From Myxococcota bacterium (GTDB taxonomy: Bacteria; Myxococcota_A; UBA9160; JAFDDA01), in the NCBI GenBank assembly GCA_965228475.1, contig OZ245817.1, forward strand, positions 3,136,001-3,200,000: 64,000 nt of DNA, read 5' to 3'. Positions 28,587-38,238 of this stretch are shown here, piece after piece. Numbering within the stretch: position 1 is the stretch's first letter; every line of letters starts with the position of its first letter. The position numbers were made by a program, and so were the translations under genes. The notes under the pieces were generated by a model that was given only the letters and a program-made list of their open reading frames with translations, searched no databases and had not been told where the DNA came from.

Positions 28587-29093
28587 ATGGCCACCCGGAA
28601 TCTGCGAGAACGCTTCGCACTCGTCGCCGTCTGCTTCGGTCTCGGCCTCGCGCCGCTCGCCTGCGGCGGTGGATCCGAGGAACCGGCGCCCGCGAAACCG
28701 GCCCCCACCGAGCCCGCACCCGCCGAACCCACGACGCCGGCGCCGACCCCGACGCCGGAACCCGAGCCGGCCGCACCCGTCGCCGGCGGCGGCGACGTCG
28801 CTGCGGGGCAGGCCCTCTACGCGACGTACTGCGGAAGCTGCCACGGGGCGACCGGCAACGGCGACGGCCCCGTCTCGGCGAGCCTGAACCCGAAGCCCGC
28901 CAAGCACAGCGACGGCGCCTACATGAACGCCCTCGACGACGAGCACCTGACGAAGGTGATCAAGCTCGGCGGCACAGCGGTGGGCAAGTCGGCGATGATG
29001 GCGCCCTGGGGCGGCACCCTGAACGACGCCCAGATCGCCGACGTGATCGCCTACATTCGCTCGCTGGCGAACCCGCCCTACCCTGGAAGCTGA
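28587..29093 (+). CDS. Monoheme cytochrome c lipoprotein
   Basis: AGGAGG RBS, lipobox LACG, Pro-rich linker, CGSCH heme motif, distal MAPWG. Confidence 0.9.
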   Translation: MATRNLRERFALVAVCFGLGLAPLACGGGSEEPAPAKPAPTEPAPAEPTTPAPTPTPEPEPAAPVAGGGDVAAGQALYATYCGSCHGATGNGDGPVSASLNPKPAKHSDGAYMNALDDEHLTKVIKLGGTAVGKSAMMAPWGGTLNDAQIADVIAYIRSLANPPYPGS

Positions 29094-29118
29094 GGCGGGC
29101 CGGAAGTTGAGGCGGGCC
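29085..29118. repeat. 17-bp tandem duplication ggaag(c/t)tgaggcgggcc including the cytochrome c stop codon
   Basis: Copies at 29085-29101 and 29102-29118, one mismatch. Confidence 0.8.
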
Positions 29119-29918
29119 TAGGAAGCGACGTCGACTTCCCGCTCGCCGGGCCGCTTGAACATCGGGTGGCCGGCGGGCTGGTAGGTGATGACGAAGGCGC
29201 GCCGCGGCCGATCGGAACGGTTCGGCTGCGAGCCGTGCACCGTGTGCGCGCTGAAGAAGACCAGTGATCCCGCCGGCGCCACGATGGGAACCTGCGCGTC
29301 TTCGTCGAAGTAGCGCGGGTCCGTGAACAGGGCGCCGAGCTCGCCCTCGCCCGTGAGCCCCGGCAGGCAGCCCTCGCGATGGCTCCCGCGCACCACCCGG
29401 AAGCAGCCGTTCTCCTCGTCGGCGTCGTCGAGGGTCACCATCACGTTCGGCAGGAGGTCGAGGTGCGCGGCGAAGTGGTGCCAGTACGGCGAGTCCTGGT
29501 GCCAGCGGAAGCCCGAGCCCTCGCGCGGCCGCTTCAGGTTCAGCTTGTCGGTGAAGAGCGAGACGCGCTCCGAGCGGACGAGGCCCCGCATCGGCTCGAC
29601 CAGGCGCGGGTCGTCCATGAGCGCGTCGAGGACGTCGTCGAGGTGGTGGAACGGCTCGATCACTCGCAGGGTGCGCGTCGCCTCCGCGTGCTCGAGCTGG
29701 ATGGTCGAGCCCTCCCCCTCCAGGTAGACGTTCCCGTCGATGGCGTAGCGTTCCGCCGGCGCATCCACGTGGCTCGCGGCGAGCGCGGCGACCCGCTCGG
29801 CGGCGGCGCGCAGGGCTTCGAGCTCGGCGGGGCCGAAGACGGCCTCGCGCACGAAGAAGCCGTCCTTCTCGTAGGCGTCGCGCTCGAGGGCCGAGAGCTT
29901 GAGAGAGTTTCGATCCAT
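29118..29918 (-). CDS. Phytanoyl-CoA dioxygenase (PhyH) family Fe(II)/2-oxoglutarate dioxygenase
   Basis: WHQDSPYW, LDDADEENGCFRVVRGSH, VHGSQPNRSDRPRR. Confidence 0.9.
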   Translation of the reverse strand: MDRNSLKLSALERDAYEKDGFFVREAVFGPAELEALRAAAERVAALAASHVDAPAERYAIDGNVYLEGEGSTIQLEHAEATRTLRVIEPFHHLDDVLDALMDDPRLVEPMRGLVRSERVSLFTDKLNLKRPREGSGFRWHQDSPYWHHFAAHLDLLPNVMVTLDDADEENGCFRVVRGSHREGCLPGLTGEGELGALFTDPRYFDEDAQVPIVAPAGSLVFFSAHTVHGSQPNRSDRPRRAFVITYQPAGHPMFKRPGEREVDVAS

Positions 29919-29935
29919 GGCGGCGGGAGGTTAGC

Positions 29936-31201
29936 TCAGACCCATGCCCGGGAGAGGAACCAGTAGAGCCCCGCGGCGAGGACCGGCGCGCTTCCCCACT
30001 GGATCGTCGCGAGCCGGCGCGGAGCGGGGCCGAGCAGCAGCGGACGCAGCAGCACCCAGCCCACGACGACGACCACGAGCTGCCCGACCTCGACGCCGAG
30101 GTTGAAGCCGAGCAGCGCGGGCAGGACGTTCTCGGGCGGAAGCCCCGTTTCCGCGAGCACCCCGGCAAAGCCGAAACCGTGGATCAGCCCGAACGCCAGC
30201 GCCGCGAGCCAGCGCAGCCGCTCCACCCGGGCGACACGCTCGGAGAGGCCGAGGTAGCAGAGCGAGAAAAGGCCGACGCCCGCGAGCGCCGGCAGCGGCA
30301 GGCCGACCTGGCCGAAGGCCGCGCCGAGGCAGGCGAAGGCGACCAGCCCCGCCAACACCAGCGTGAGACGGCGCCGGGAGCGCCGCCCGAACGTCATGCC
30401 GAAGTTCTCGAGCGCGACGACCACGATCGAGAACCCGATCAGCGCCTCGACGGCCGCGGGGAGCGGCGTCACCCAGCCGAGCACGCCGAGGGCCAGGGTC
30501 AGGCTGTGGGCCACGGTGAACCCGGTGACCACCGTCGCGAGCTGGGCGATCCCCGTCCCGGTGAGCAGCAGCGCGAGGACGAAGACCAGATGATCGATTC
30601 CCCCCGCGATGTGTTCGACGCCGAGCTTCAGATAGTCGAGGACCGACGACGCCCCCTCCCCTTCGTGGCCCTCGCCGCCCGGAATCCACTCGGTCTGAGA
30701 GAGCACGATCACGCGGTCGAGCTCGAGCCCATCCGGGGTGCGCACGCGTGCGAGGTGAAGGTGGCTCGGGTCCGCTTCGAGGAAGAGGTCGACCTCGATC
30801 ACGGGGCGGCCGGGGTCGCAGGCGAGGCGGAAGCGGCGGCCGAAGTGCGTCGGGTCGGCAGAGGAAACCGGCGCCACGGCGCCGCGCACGACGCAGGGCC
30901 CGGCCTCGGTCCGCATGCGGACGTGCTCGATCAGGTAGTCGTCGACCACGGCGAGCACGTCCGTCCGGAAGCCGAGCGCTTCCGGGACGACGCCGGCGAC
31001 CTCCGGAAGCACCTTCTGGAGCGCCGCCCAGGGGACGCGCACCGTCACGCGCGCCTCGGGGCCCGCGTCGGTTTCGGGCGCGAAGTGCCAGGCACTGAGC
31101 GACGTCGCACGCGGGTGCGCGCCGGCCTGCAGCGCGGGCAGGAGCAACGCCACGGCGAGGAGCCACCCGAACGAAGCCCGCTTCGAGGAAGGCGGCGTCA
31201 C
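29936..31201 (-). CDS. HupE/UreJ family membrane protein
   Basis: Signal peptide followed by H; LGVEHIAGGIDHLVFVLAL, TGFTVAHSLTL, FGLIHGFGFA, FNLGVEVGQ. Confidence 0.9.
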   Translation of the reverse strand: MTPPSSKRASFGWLLAVALLLPALQAGAHPRATSLSAWHFAPETDAGPEARVTVRVPWAALQKVLPEVAGVVPEALGFRTDVLAVVDDYLIEHVRMRTEAGPCVVRGAVAPVSSADPTHFGRRFRLACDPGRPVIEVDLFLEADPSHLHLARVRTPDGLELDRVIVLSQTEWIPGGEGHEGEGASSVLDYLKLGVEHIAGGIDHLVFVLALLLTGTGIAQLATVVTGFTVAHSLTLALGVLGWVTPLPAAVEALIGFSIVVVALENFGMTFGRRSRRRLTLVLAGLVAFACLGAAFGQVGLPLPALAGVGLFSLCYLGLSERVARVERLRWLAALAFGLIHGFGFAGVLAETGLPPENVLPALLGFNLGVEVGQLVVVVVGWVLLRPLLLGPAPRRLATIQWGSAPVLAAGLYWFLSRAWV

Positions 31202-32160
31202 GAACCCTCCGCTTCCGACGCCGCACCGTCGACGGGCTCCGCCTGGACGTCGGCGCTCGCGCGCAGGTCGTCGAGGAAGCCGCGCAGGGCCTGCTCGCCC
31301 TGGCTGCGGGTCCACTCGGCGCGGACCTGGTCCGCGACCTCCTCGAAGGGCGGGACGCGGTCGGGCTGACGCTCGAGCATGCGCAGGACGACGTAGCCGG
31401 CGCTCGCGCGGAACGGCTCGGCCACCGCGCCGGCCTCGAGATCCCGCGCGCGCAGGGCCGCGGTGGGACCGAGATAGCGGCGGACGGTCTCGAGCGGCAC
31501 GGGCCCGCCGGGCATCGGCGGAGCTGAGAGCGCCGGCCAGCGAGCCTGGGCGTCTTCGAGGGTTCGGCCCTCCCCTTCCCCATCCTCTTGCAAGAAAGCC
31601 GCGACCTCCGTGGCCAGCGCGCGTGCGGCGCCGTCCTGCTCGCGGTCCGCGACCGGGGAGACCAGCGCTTCGACCGAGACCCGCCCCGGGCGCGAGAACC
31701 GGCCGGGGTTCTCGGCGTGGTACGCGCGGAGCTCCGCCTCCTCGGGCTCCCGGCCTTCGGCGGCCCCCGTCACCGCCGCGATCACGGATTGCACGATCAC
31801 CCGGCGCGCGGTCGGCTCGTGGCGCGCGAGACCCATCCCGATGCCGTGCTGGAGCAGGAGCTCCTCTTCGATCAGGCGGTCGAGCAGACGCTGCCGCTCT
31901 TCGACGGGCAAGGCGGCGGTCTTGCGTTCCTGGGCGACCGCCGCCGCGAACCGCTCGTAGCTGTCGCGCGAGAGCGGCTGCCCGTTCACCACGGCGATCG
32001 CCCCCTCGACCTCGGGCGCCGCCGAGCCGCGGTCCACGATGCCGACGGCCGCCAGCACGACGCCGGCCGCCGCCCCGAGTCCGAGCAGCCAGCGTCCGCG
32101 GCGCTCGCCCGCCGCCACTTCGCTCTGACCAACCGCCGCGTTCGAATCTTCCGAGCTCAC
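31198..32160 (-). CDS. PpiC/parvulin-type peptidyl-prolyl isomerase (SurA-like N-domain)
   Basis: TM anchor, AVVNGQPL, LDRLIEEELL, LRAYHAENPGRF, PPFEEVADQV; commonly paired with HupE/UreJ. Confidence 0.8.
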   Translation of the reverse strand: MSSEDSNAAVGQSEVAAGERRGRWLLGLGAAAGVVLAAVGIVDRGSAAPEVEGAIAVVNGQPLSRDSYERFAAAVAQERKTAALPVEERQRLLDRLIEEELLLQHGIGMGLARHEPTARRVIVQSVIAAVTGAAEGREPEEAELRAYHAENPGRFSRPGRVSVEALVSPVADREQDGAARALATEVAAFLQEDGEGEGRTLEDAQARWPALSAPPMPGGPVPLETVRRYLGPTAALRARDLEAGAVAEPFRASAGYVVLRMLERQPDRVPPFEEVADQVRAEWTRSQGEQALRGFLDDLRASADVQAEPVDGAASEAEGS

Positions 32161-33473
32161 GCGTCCCTCTCCCCGGCGGACCGCTCGCACGCGGCGCGCC
32201 ACTCGTCCAGTTCGATCGTTTCCCCGTCGAGCCGGGCCTCCTCGGCCGCGAAGCCGAGCAGGTGACCCTCGAGCGCCGAACGCCCCGATGCGCGCAGGTC
32301 GCCACCCTCGGCGACCACGCGCGTGAAGTGCTCGATCAACCCGTCGTCGCCGCCGTAGTGACCCATCATCGAGCCCCGCGAACCCGGGTCGATCCGTTCG
32401 CTGCCGAGCACGCCCGGGCGTGAGATTTCGATCTCGCCCGCATGGAGCGCGCCGCGCAGCTCGCCGGTCGTCCCGGTCAGCCGGATCGTCCGCTCCTCCT
32501 GGCTCGCGAGGCCCTGCACCGTGAAGCTCCCCGTCACGCCGCTCGGAAACTCGACGGCCACGTGCTGGTGGTCGGGCTGATCGTTGTCGGTGCGGTAGAC
32601 GCACCTGCCGTAGCGGCCGGTCTCGAGCGCCCTGCGCCGCGCGGCCCGAGCCGGGTCCGGGGAGACGTCGCGGAACGGGAAGGCCCGGGCGAGCGCGTCG
32701 TCGGGGCCGAGGTAGAAGCGCTCTGCATCGTAGGGGCAGCTCTCCTGGACGGGGCAGCCCTCGGTGCAGCGCTCGGGAGCCCCTTCGGGCGCGTGCTCCT
32801 CGCGAAAGGCGTCGCGCCCGCCGAAAGACGCGACCCGCGCCGGGCTCTCCCCCGCGAGCCAGACCATCAGATCGAGATCGTGACAGGACTTCGCGAGCAA
32901 CACCGGCGCGGCCATGGCCCGGTTGCGGAACTTCCCGCGCACGTAGGAGTGGGTGAAGTGCCAGGCGGCGACGTGCTCCTTCAGCTCGAGGTGGAGCAGC
33001 CGGCCGATGGCCCCCTCGGAGACGAGCGCATGGATGCGTTCGTAGAAAGGCGTGTAGCGCAGCACGTGACCGATCTGGAGGCGCCGTCCCGCCCGCTCCG
33101 CGGCGGTGACCACGCGCACGCAGTCGACGGGATCGGGCGCGATCGGCTTTTCGAGGAGCACGTCGTAGCCGCAGGCGATGGCGCGCAGGGCCGGTTCGAC
33201 GTGCTCCGTGTCGCCCGTCGCGATGATGGCGACGTCCGCCCGGGGCGCCGCTTCGAAGAGCGGCTGCCAATCCGCGTGGACCTCGTTCGCCGAAAGGCCG
33301 TGCGCCTCGGCCATGGCCTTCGCGCGCACCGCGTCGGGTTCGGCGAGGGCCACGACCTTCAGGCGCTCCGGATGCGCGAGGGCGAAGCGGCCGAACACTT
33401 CCGCGCCCCGCAGCCCGGCGCCCACCACCACGGCCGTTACCGCCAACCCGCGAACCTCCGTTCCCTCTTTCAC
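32157..33473 (-). CDS. Gfo/Idh/MocA family oxidoreductase
   Basis: VVGAGLRG, VLLEKPIA, IGHVLRYTPFY, HSYVRG, LLAKSCHDLD, HYGGD. Confidence 0.92.
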   Translation of the reverse strand: MKEGTEVRGLAVTAVVVGAGLRGAEVFGRFALAHPERLKVVALAEPDAVRAKAMAEAHGLSANEVHADWQPLFEAAPRADVAIIATGDTEHVEPALRAIACGYDVLLEKPIAPDPVDCVRVVTAAERAGRRLQIGHVLRYTPFYERIHALVSEGAIGRLLHLELKEHVAAWHFTHSYVRGKFRNRAMAAPVLLAKSCHDLDLMVWLAGESPARVASFGGRDAFREEHAPEGAPERCTEGCPVQESCPYDAERFYLGPDDALARAFPFRDVSPDPARAARRRALETGRYGRCVYRTDNDQPDHQHVAVEFPSGVTGSFTVQGLASQEERTIRLTGTTGELRGALHAGEIEISRPGVLGSERIDPGSRGSMMGHYGGDDGLIEHFTRVVAEGGDLRASGRSALEGHLLGFAAEEARLDGETIELDEWRAACERSAGERDA

Positions 33474-33505
33474 CCGCCCGGGGGCGGGTATACTACGCCG
33501 CCTCG

Positions 33506-33895
33506 ATGGAAGACGCAGACCGACGCGACCTGGCCGACCTCACCCGCGCACTCAAGATCGGTGGCTACACCCGCCACGTGCTGCTCTGCACCCACGGCGA
33601 CTGCGCCGGGAGCGAGACCGCCGCGGCTTCGTGGAAGTTCCTGAAGAAGCGGATCCGCCAGCTCGGGCTCGACGCCGTCGAAGGCGGCGTCTACCGCTCG
33701 AAGGTCGACTGTCTGCGGATCTGCCGCCAGGGGCCGATCTGCGTCGTCTACCCGGACGGCGTCTGGTACCGGGAGGCCACGCCCGAGAACCTCGAGCGCA
33801 TTCTCACGGAGCACGTCGTCGGGGGACGGCCCGTCGAGGAGCTGGCCTTCGCGCGCAACCCGATCGGCGCCGGGGCGGACGACGCCGACGCCTAG
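33506..33895 (+). CDS. Thioredoxin-like (2Fe-2S) ferredoxin
   Basis: RHVLLC...C, CLRICRQGPICVVYPDGVWY. Confidence 0.9.
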   Translation: MEDADRRDLADLTRALKIGGYTRHVLLCTHGDCAGSETAAASWKFLKKRIRQLGLDAVEGGVYRSKVDCLRICRQGPICVVYPDGVWYREATPENLERILTEHVVGGRPVEELAFARNPIGAGADDADA

Positions 33896-35004
33896 AGCAG
33901 CCCCACCGCCTCTTCGGCCAGCGCGGCCGCGGCGGTGAGCCCCGGCGACTCGATCCCGAGCAGGTTCACGAACCCCGGCAGCCCGCGTTCGGACTCTTCG
34001 CGGACCACGAAGTCCCGGAAGGGTTCGCCGGGCGCCGCGAGGCGCGGGCGGATGCCGACGAAGTCCGGCGTCAGGTCCGCCGCCTCGACGCCGGGCAGAT
34101 AGCGCGCGATCACCTCCGCGAAGGCGCCCGCCTTGCCGGCGTCGACGGTCAGCGCGTCGAGCCCCTTGCCGTAGTAGGCGTCGGGCCCGAACCGGATGCG
34201 GCCGCCGAGGTCGAGGGTCGCGTGGACGCCGAGCCCGGGGCCGGCGGGCACCGGGTAGACCAGGCGCGAGAGTTCGAGCCCGTGGCCCGGTGCGAGGGCG
34301 AAGTAGTCCCCGTGGCACGGGTGGATGCGATAGCCCGCGGCGTCGACGTCGATGCCGGCCAGCGCGGCCACGTGGTCCGCGGCCAGGCCCGCCGCGTTCA
34401 CCACCGCCGCGGCCCGGATCGCCTGGCGCTCGCCGTCGCAGTCCGCATCGAGGCGGTAGCTCGCGCCGTCCGGGGCGACGCCCTCGACCCTCGCCCGCCG
34501 GACGAGGACCGCCCCGTCGCGCTCGGCCTCGGCCAGGAAGGAGCTCGCGTAGGCGTGGGCATCCACGATGCCGGTCTCCGGGGAGAACAAGGCGCCCGAA
34601 GCCTTCACCGCGGGTTCGAGCTTTCGCACGGCGTCCGCGTCGATCAGCTCGATTGCACCCGCGCCGTTCGCGGTCCCGAGGGCGAAGTAGCGCTCGAGCG
34701 CCGGCAGCTCCTCGGCCGTACTTGCCACGACGATCTTCCCGAGCCGGCGGTGCGGAATCCGCCAGGTCTCGCAGCGGGCGTAGAGCGCCGCACGCCCGGC
34801 AGCGCAGGTCCGCGCTTTCCACGTCCCTTCCGGGTAGTAGAGCCCGGCGTGGACGACCTCGCTGTTGCGGCTCGAGGTCTCGCGCGCGATCTCGTCGTTG
34901 CGTTCGAGGAGGACGACGGAGCGGCCGCGGCGTGCGAAGGCCGCGGCCGTCGCCAGACCGACGACGCCCGCGCCGACGACCGCGACGTCGACGTCGGCCT
35001 TCAC
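33892..35004 (-). CDS. FAD-dependent oxidoreductase, L-2-hydroxyglutarate oxidase-like
   Basis: VVGAGVVGLA, ETSSRNSEVVHAGLYY, LGVHATLDLGG, GIESPGLTAA; GTG start overlapping the antiporter stop. Confidence 0.88.
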   Translation of the reverse strand: MKADVDVAVVGAGVVGLATAAAFARRGRSVVLLERNDEIARETSSRNSEVVHAGLYYPEGTWKARTCAAGRAALYARCETWRIPHRRLGKIVVASTAEELPALERYFALGTANGAGAIELIDADAVRKLEPAVKASGALFSPETGIVDAHAYASSFLAEAERDGAVLVRRARVEGVAPDGASYRLDADCDGERQAIRAAAVVNAAGLAADHVAALAGIDVDAAGYRIHPCHGDYFALAPGHGLELSRLVYPVPAGPGLGVHATLDLGGRIRFGPDAYYGKGLDALTVDAGKAGAFAEVIARYLPGVEAADLTPDFVGIRPRLAAPGEPFRDFVVREESERGLPGFVNLLGIESPGLTAAAALAEEAVGLL

Positions 35005-36227
35005 GAGTCCTTCGGCGGGCCGAGGGCGAGCGTCCGGAGCCCCTCGCGCCGGTTCCCCGCGCTGACGGCGACGATGCCGACGGCCAGGAGCACGTAGACG
35101 ACGGCGAAGGCGCGGCGGACCTCCTCGCTCGGGAAGACCAGCTGCGCCAGGAAGAGCACGGCGAGCGCGAGGGCCTCGAGCCGCGTGAAGCTCAGGTCCG
35201 CGATGATCACCACCGCGAGCAGGGATTGCGCCGAGGTCAGCAGGAGTTCCTCGGTCTGCCGCGCGTCGAGCGGCATGCCGATGAAGGCGCCCGAGGAGAT
35301 CGCGAAGGCGACGGGGATCGCGCCCACGAGCAGGGTCCACTGGTTGACCTTGGACGAGAGCAGCGCCCCGAGCCCGATCGAGCCGCGCATGCGCAGGGCG
35401 AACAGGATCGCGACCAGGAACTCGGGCGACTCGGACGCCAGTGGCGCCACCCATTGGACGAGCAGGAACTCGCTGATGTCCCGCGTGCGGCCGATCTGGA
35501 CGAGCCCGTCGGCGAAGGGCTCCGCCGCCGCGAAGATGGCGAAGGCCGCGAAGACGAACAGCGATCCGGCGAAGAGCCGCCGCCCGAGGTCGTCGAACTC
35601 GCGGTCGATCAGGGCCGCCGGGCCGATCAGCTCGACCTCGTGGCGCGCACCGCGCATGGCCGCGACGAGGTACGCGGCGAAGATCGCGAAGAGCACGGCC
35701 GCGTCGAACAGCGAGATCTCGCCGCCGAGCGGGATGAAGAAGGAGTAGATCGTGGCGCCGAGCAGGAAGCGCATCTCGAGGCGCTGGTTCGGCTCGATGG
35801 CGAGCTCGTTCGTGCCCTGCTTCCAGCAGGCGATCAGCACGACGGCCGCCCAGCCGAGGCCGATCAGCAGCCGGTTGGCGCCGGTCATGTTGGCGACGGC
35901 GTAGTGGGTGTAGGTGGGGTCCTTCCCGGCGGTCCACGCGAAGTGGAGGTCGACGGCGTACTCGGGCAGGACGCTGATCAGCGCCAGCACCAGCAGCGCC
36001 AGCGACTGCGGGATGTCGCGCTCGGCGAGCTCCGTGGCCCAGGAGAGCAGGAAGGCGCCGCCGAGAATGGCGCAGCCTGCCATGGGGGCGACGGCTTCGG
36101 GCGGAAGCGAGAGCCCCCCGAAGCCATCGACGAGGAGCCAGGGGAGCGGCAGCAGCCCCGAGAAGAGGAACAGCGCGAGGTCCCGCTTGCGAGCGACCGG
36201 CTCCGCGCCCTCGCTCATGCGACGCAT
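35001..36227 (-). CDS. Sodium:calcium (CaCA) antiporter family protein
   Basis: VLPEYAVD, ANMTGANRLL, PLASESPEF, SSKVNQWTLL alpha-repeat motifs. Confidence 0.9.
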   Translation of the reverse strand: MRRMSEGAEPVARKRDLALFLFSGLLPLPWLLVDGFGGLSLPPEAVAPMAGCAILGGAFLLSWATELAERDIPQSLALLVLALISVLPEYAVDLHFAWTAGKDPTYTHYAVANMTGANRLLIGLGWAAVVLIACWKQGTNELAIEPNQRLEMRFLLGATIYSFFIPLGGEISLFDAAVLFAIFAAYLVAAMRGARHEVELIGPAALIDREFDDLGRRLFAGSLFVFAAFAIFAAAEPFADGLVQIGRTRDISEFLLVQWVAPLASESPEFLVAILFALRMRGSIGLGALLSSKVNQWTLLVGAIPVAFAISSGAFIGMPLDARQTEELLLTSAQSLLAVVIIADLSFTRLEALALAVLFLAQLVFPSEEVRRAFAVVYVLLAVGIVAVSAGNRREGLRTLALGPPKDS

Positions 36228-36255
36228 CGCCTCCGGGCCTTCGCAGCGCGCGCGC

Positions 36256-36313
36256 TCATTCGAAGCTTCGCCTCTGGTTCCGTGCGGAGCGCGCGTTCAT
36301 TCGAAGCTTCGCC
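36256..36313. repeat. Direct repeat tcattcgaagcttcgcc duplicating the pfkB 3' end
   Basis: Identical 17-mers at 36256-36272 and 36297-36313, each preceded by gcgcgcg(c/t) and containing the palindrome cgaagcttcg. Confidence 0.8.
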
Positions 36314-37235
36314 CGTAGGCCTTCTCGTAGCGCTCGCGGACGGCGTCGAGGTTCGTCGCGAGCCCCTGGGGCCCTTCGCACTCGACCTTCATCGCGCCGA
36401 GCACGCTGCCCACGCGGGCCGCGTCTTCGAGGTCCATGCCGCGCTCGCAGGCGAACAGCAGCCCGGCCCGGAAGGCATCGCCGGCGCCGGTGGGATCGAT
36501 GGCCTTCGAGGCCGCCACGGGATCGATGGCGACCTCGCCGTCCGCCCGCAGCACGGTCGCACCCTTCTCGCCGCGCGTGACGATCACCGCGCCGACGCGG
36601 TCGGTCACGTCGGCCGGCTCGAGGCCGGTCTTCGAGAGCACCAGGGACCACTCGTAGTCGTTCACGATGAAGATCTCCGCGCCCTCGATGAACTCCTTCA
36701 TCTCGTCGGCCTCGAAGATCGGAATGCCCTGGCCCGGATCGATCACCGCCTTGGCGCCGCCCGCCTTGAGAGCCCGGGCGTTGCGGATCATGCCTTCCTT
36801 TCCGTTGGGCGAGACGATGCCCCAGCCGTAGTCCCCCGAGACGTCCTCGATGCGCGCCTCGTGGCAGCGGTCCATCGCACCCGGGTGGAAGGCCGTGATC
36901 TGGTTGTCGTCGAGATCGGTGGTGATGAAGCAGGAGGCGGTGAAGGTATCGCCGAGTTCGAGCACGTGGTCGCGCGCGAGACCGTGCTGGTCCATCCACT
37001 CGGCGTACTCCTCGAAGCCGCCGCCGACGGCACCGAGCAGGATCGGCTCCGCCCCGAGCTGGTTCAGGTGGAAGGCGATGTTCGCCCCGCACCCGCCCCA
37101 GGACTTGCGCATCTGCGGGACGTGGAAGGCCACGTTCAGGACGTGGATCTTGTCCGGCTGGATGTGGTTTCGGAAGCGGTCGCGGAAGACCATGATGTGG
37201 TCGATCGCGATCGAGCCGGAAACCAGGATCCCCAT
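36297..37235 (-). CDS. PfkB family carbohydrate kinase (adenosine kinase-like)
   Basis: SGSIAIDHIM, GGCGANIA, NQITAFHPGAM, DPGQ, DPTGAGDAFRAG. Confidence 0.9.
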   Translation of the reverse strand: MGILVSGSIAIDHIMVFRDRFRNHIQPDKIHVLNVAFHVPQMRKSWGGCGANIAFHLNQLGAEPILLGAVGGGFEEYAEWMDQHGLARDHVLELGDTFTASCFITTDLDDNQITAFHPGAMDRCHEARIEDVSGDYGWGIVSPNGKEGMIRNARALKAGGAKAVIDPGQGIPIFEADEMKEFIEGAEIFIVNDYEWSLVLSKTGLEPADVTDRVGAVIVTRGEKGATVLRADGEVAIDPVAASKAIDPTGAGDAFRAGLLFACERGMDLEDAARVGSVLGAMKVECEGPQGLATNLDAVRERYEKAYGRSFE

Positions 37236-37364
37236 CTCGGCACCTCCTCGGCGTACGCGGCGCTCTCCGCGCCGGCGTCGCCCGCCGCGTGCCGGACGGC
37301 ACGGGCGGCAGTCTGCGGGGCCGGGACTCGGGCGTCAATGGCCCGCCGGAGATAGACTGGGCCC

Positions 37365-38234
37365 ATGCGCATTCCGGATTGCTTCCAGGGCAGCGAGCCC
37401 GTCTTCTCCTTCGAATTCTTCCCGCCGAAGACGGACAAGGGTTTCGAATCCCTCTACCGCACGGTCCGCGAGCTCAAGCGGCTCGAGCCCTCCTACGTCT
37501 CCGTCACCTACGGCGCCGGCGGCTCCACGCGCCGCAAGACCGTGGACATCGTGAGCCGCATCCAGCGCGAGATCGGCATCACGGCCATGGCCCACCTGAC
37601 CTGCGTCTGCGCCAGCGAAGACGAGCTCACCGCGGTGCTCGACCGCCTCGAAGCCGAGGGCATCGAGAACGTGCTCACGCTCTCCGGGGACCCGCCGGCG
37701 GATCAGCCCGAGCACGACCGCGCCGACGACGCCTTCCGCTACGCGAGCGAGCTCGCCGCCTTCGTGCGCTCGCGCTGGGGCTTCGCCCTGGCCGGCGGCT
37801 GCTACCCCGAAGTCCACCCCGATGCGCCCGACGCGGAGACCGACCTGCGCAACCTGAAGCGCAAGGTCGACGCCGGCGTCGACGTGCTCGTGAGCCAGCT
37901 CTTCTTCGACAACGCCGACTACTTCGGCTTCGTCGAGCGCGCGAAGGCCGCGGGCATCGCGGTGCCGATCGTCGCGGGCATCATGCCCGTGGTGAGCAGC
38001 AACAACATCCGGCGCATCGCGAAGCTCTCCCAGGCCCGCATCCCCGAGGAGCTCGATCGCGAGCTCGCGAAGGTCGAGGGCGACGACGAACGCACCCTCG
38101 AGGTCGGCATCGAGTGGGCGACGCTCCAGTGCCGCGAGCTGCTCTCGGGCGGCGCACCGGGCATCCACTTCTACACGCTGAACCGCTCGCCGGCGACGCG
38201 GCGCATTCACCAGAACCTGTTCGGCGCCTCGTAG
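37365..38234 (+). CDS. metF: 5,10-methylenetetrahydrofolate reductase
   Basis: SFEFFPPKT, SVTYGAGGST, AHLTC, CYPEVHP, GIHFYTLN. Confidence 0.95.
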   Translation: MRIPDCFQGSEPVFSFEFFPPKTDKGFESLYRTVRELKRLEPSYVSVTYGAGGSTRRKTVDIVSRIQREIGITAMAHLTCVCASEDELTAVLDRLEAEGIENVLTLSGDPPADQPEHDRADDAFRYASELAAFVRSRWGFALAGGCYPEVHPDAPDAETDLRNLKRKVDAGVDVLVSQLFFDNADYFGFVERAKAAGIAVPIVAGIMPVVSSNNIRRIAKLSQARIPEELDRELAKVEGDDERTLEVGIEWATLQCRELLSGGAPGIHFYTLNRSPATRRIHQNLFGAS

Positions 38235-38238
38235 CGAC

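Noticed and set aside
37236..37364. SAM/SAH/ZTP riboswitch between pfkB and metF
   Set aside because: Only a GC hairpin (37288-37303) is present, with no conserved aptamer core; metF looks leaderless.
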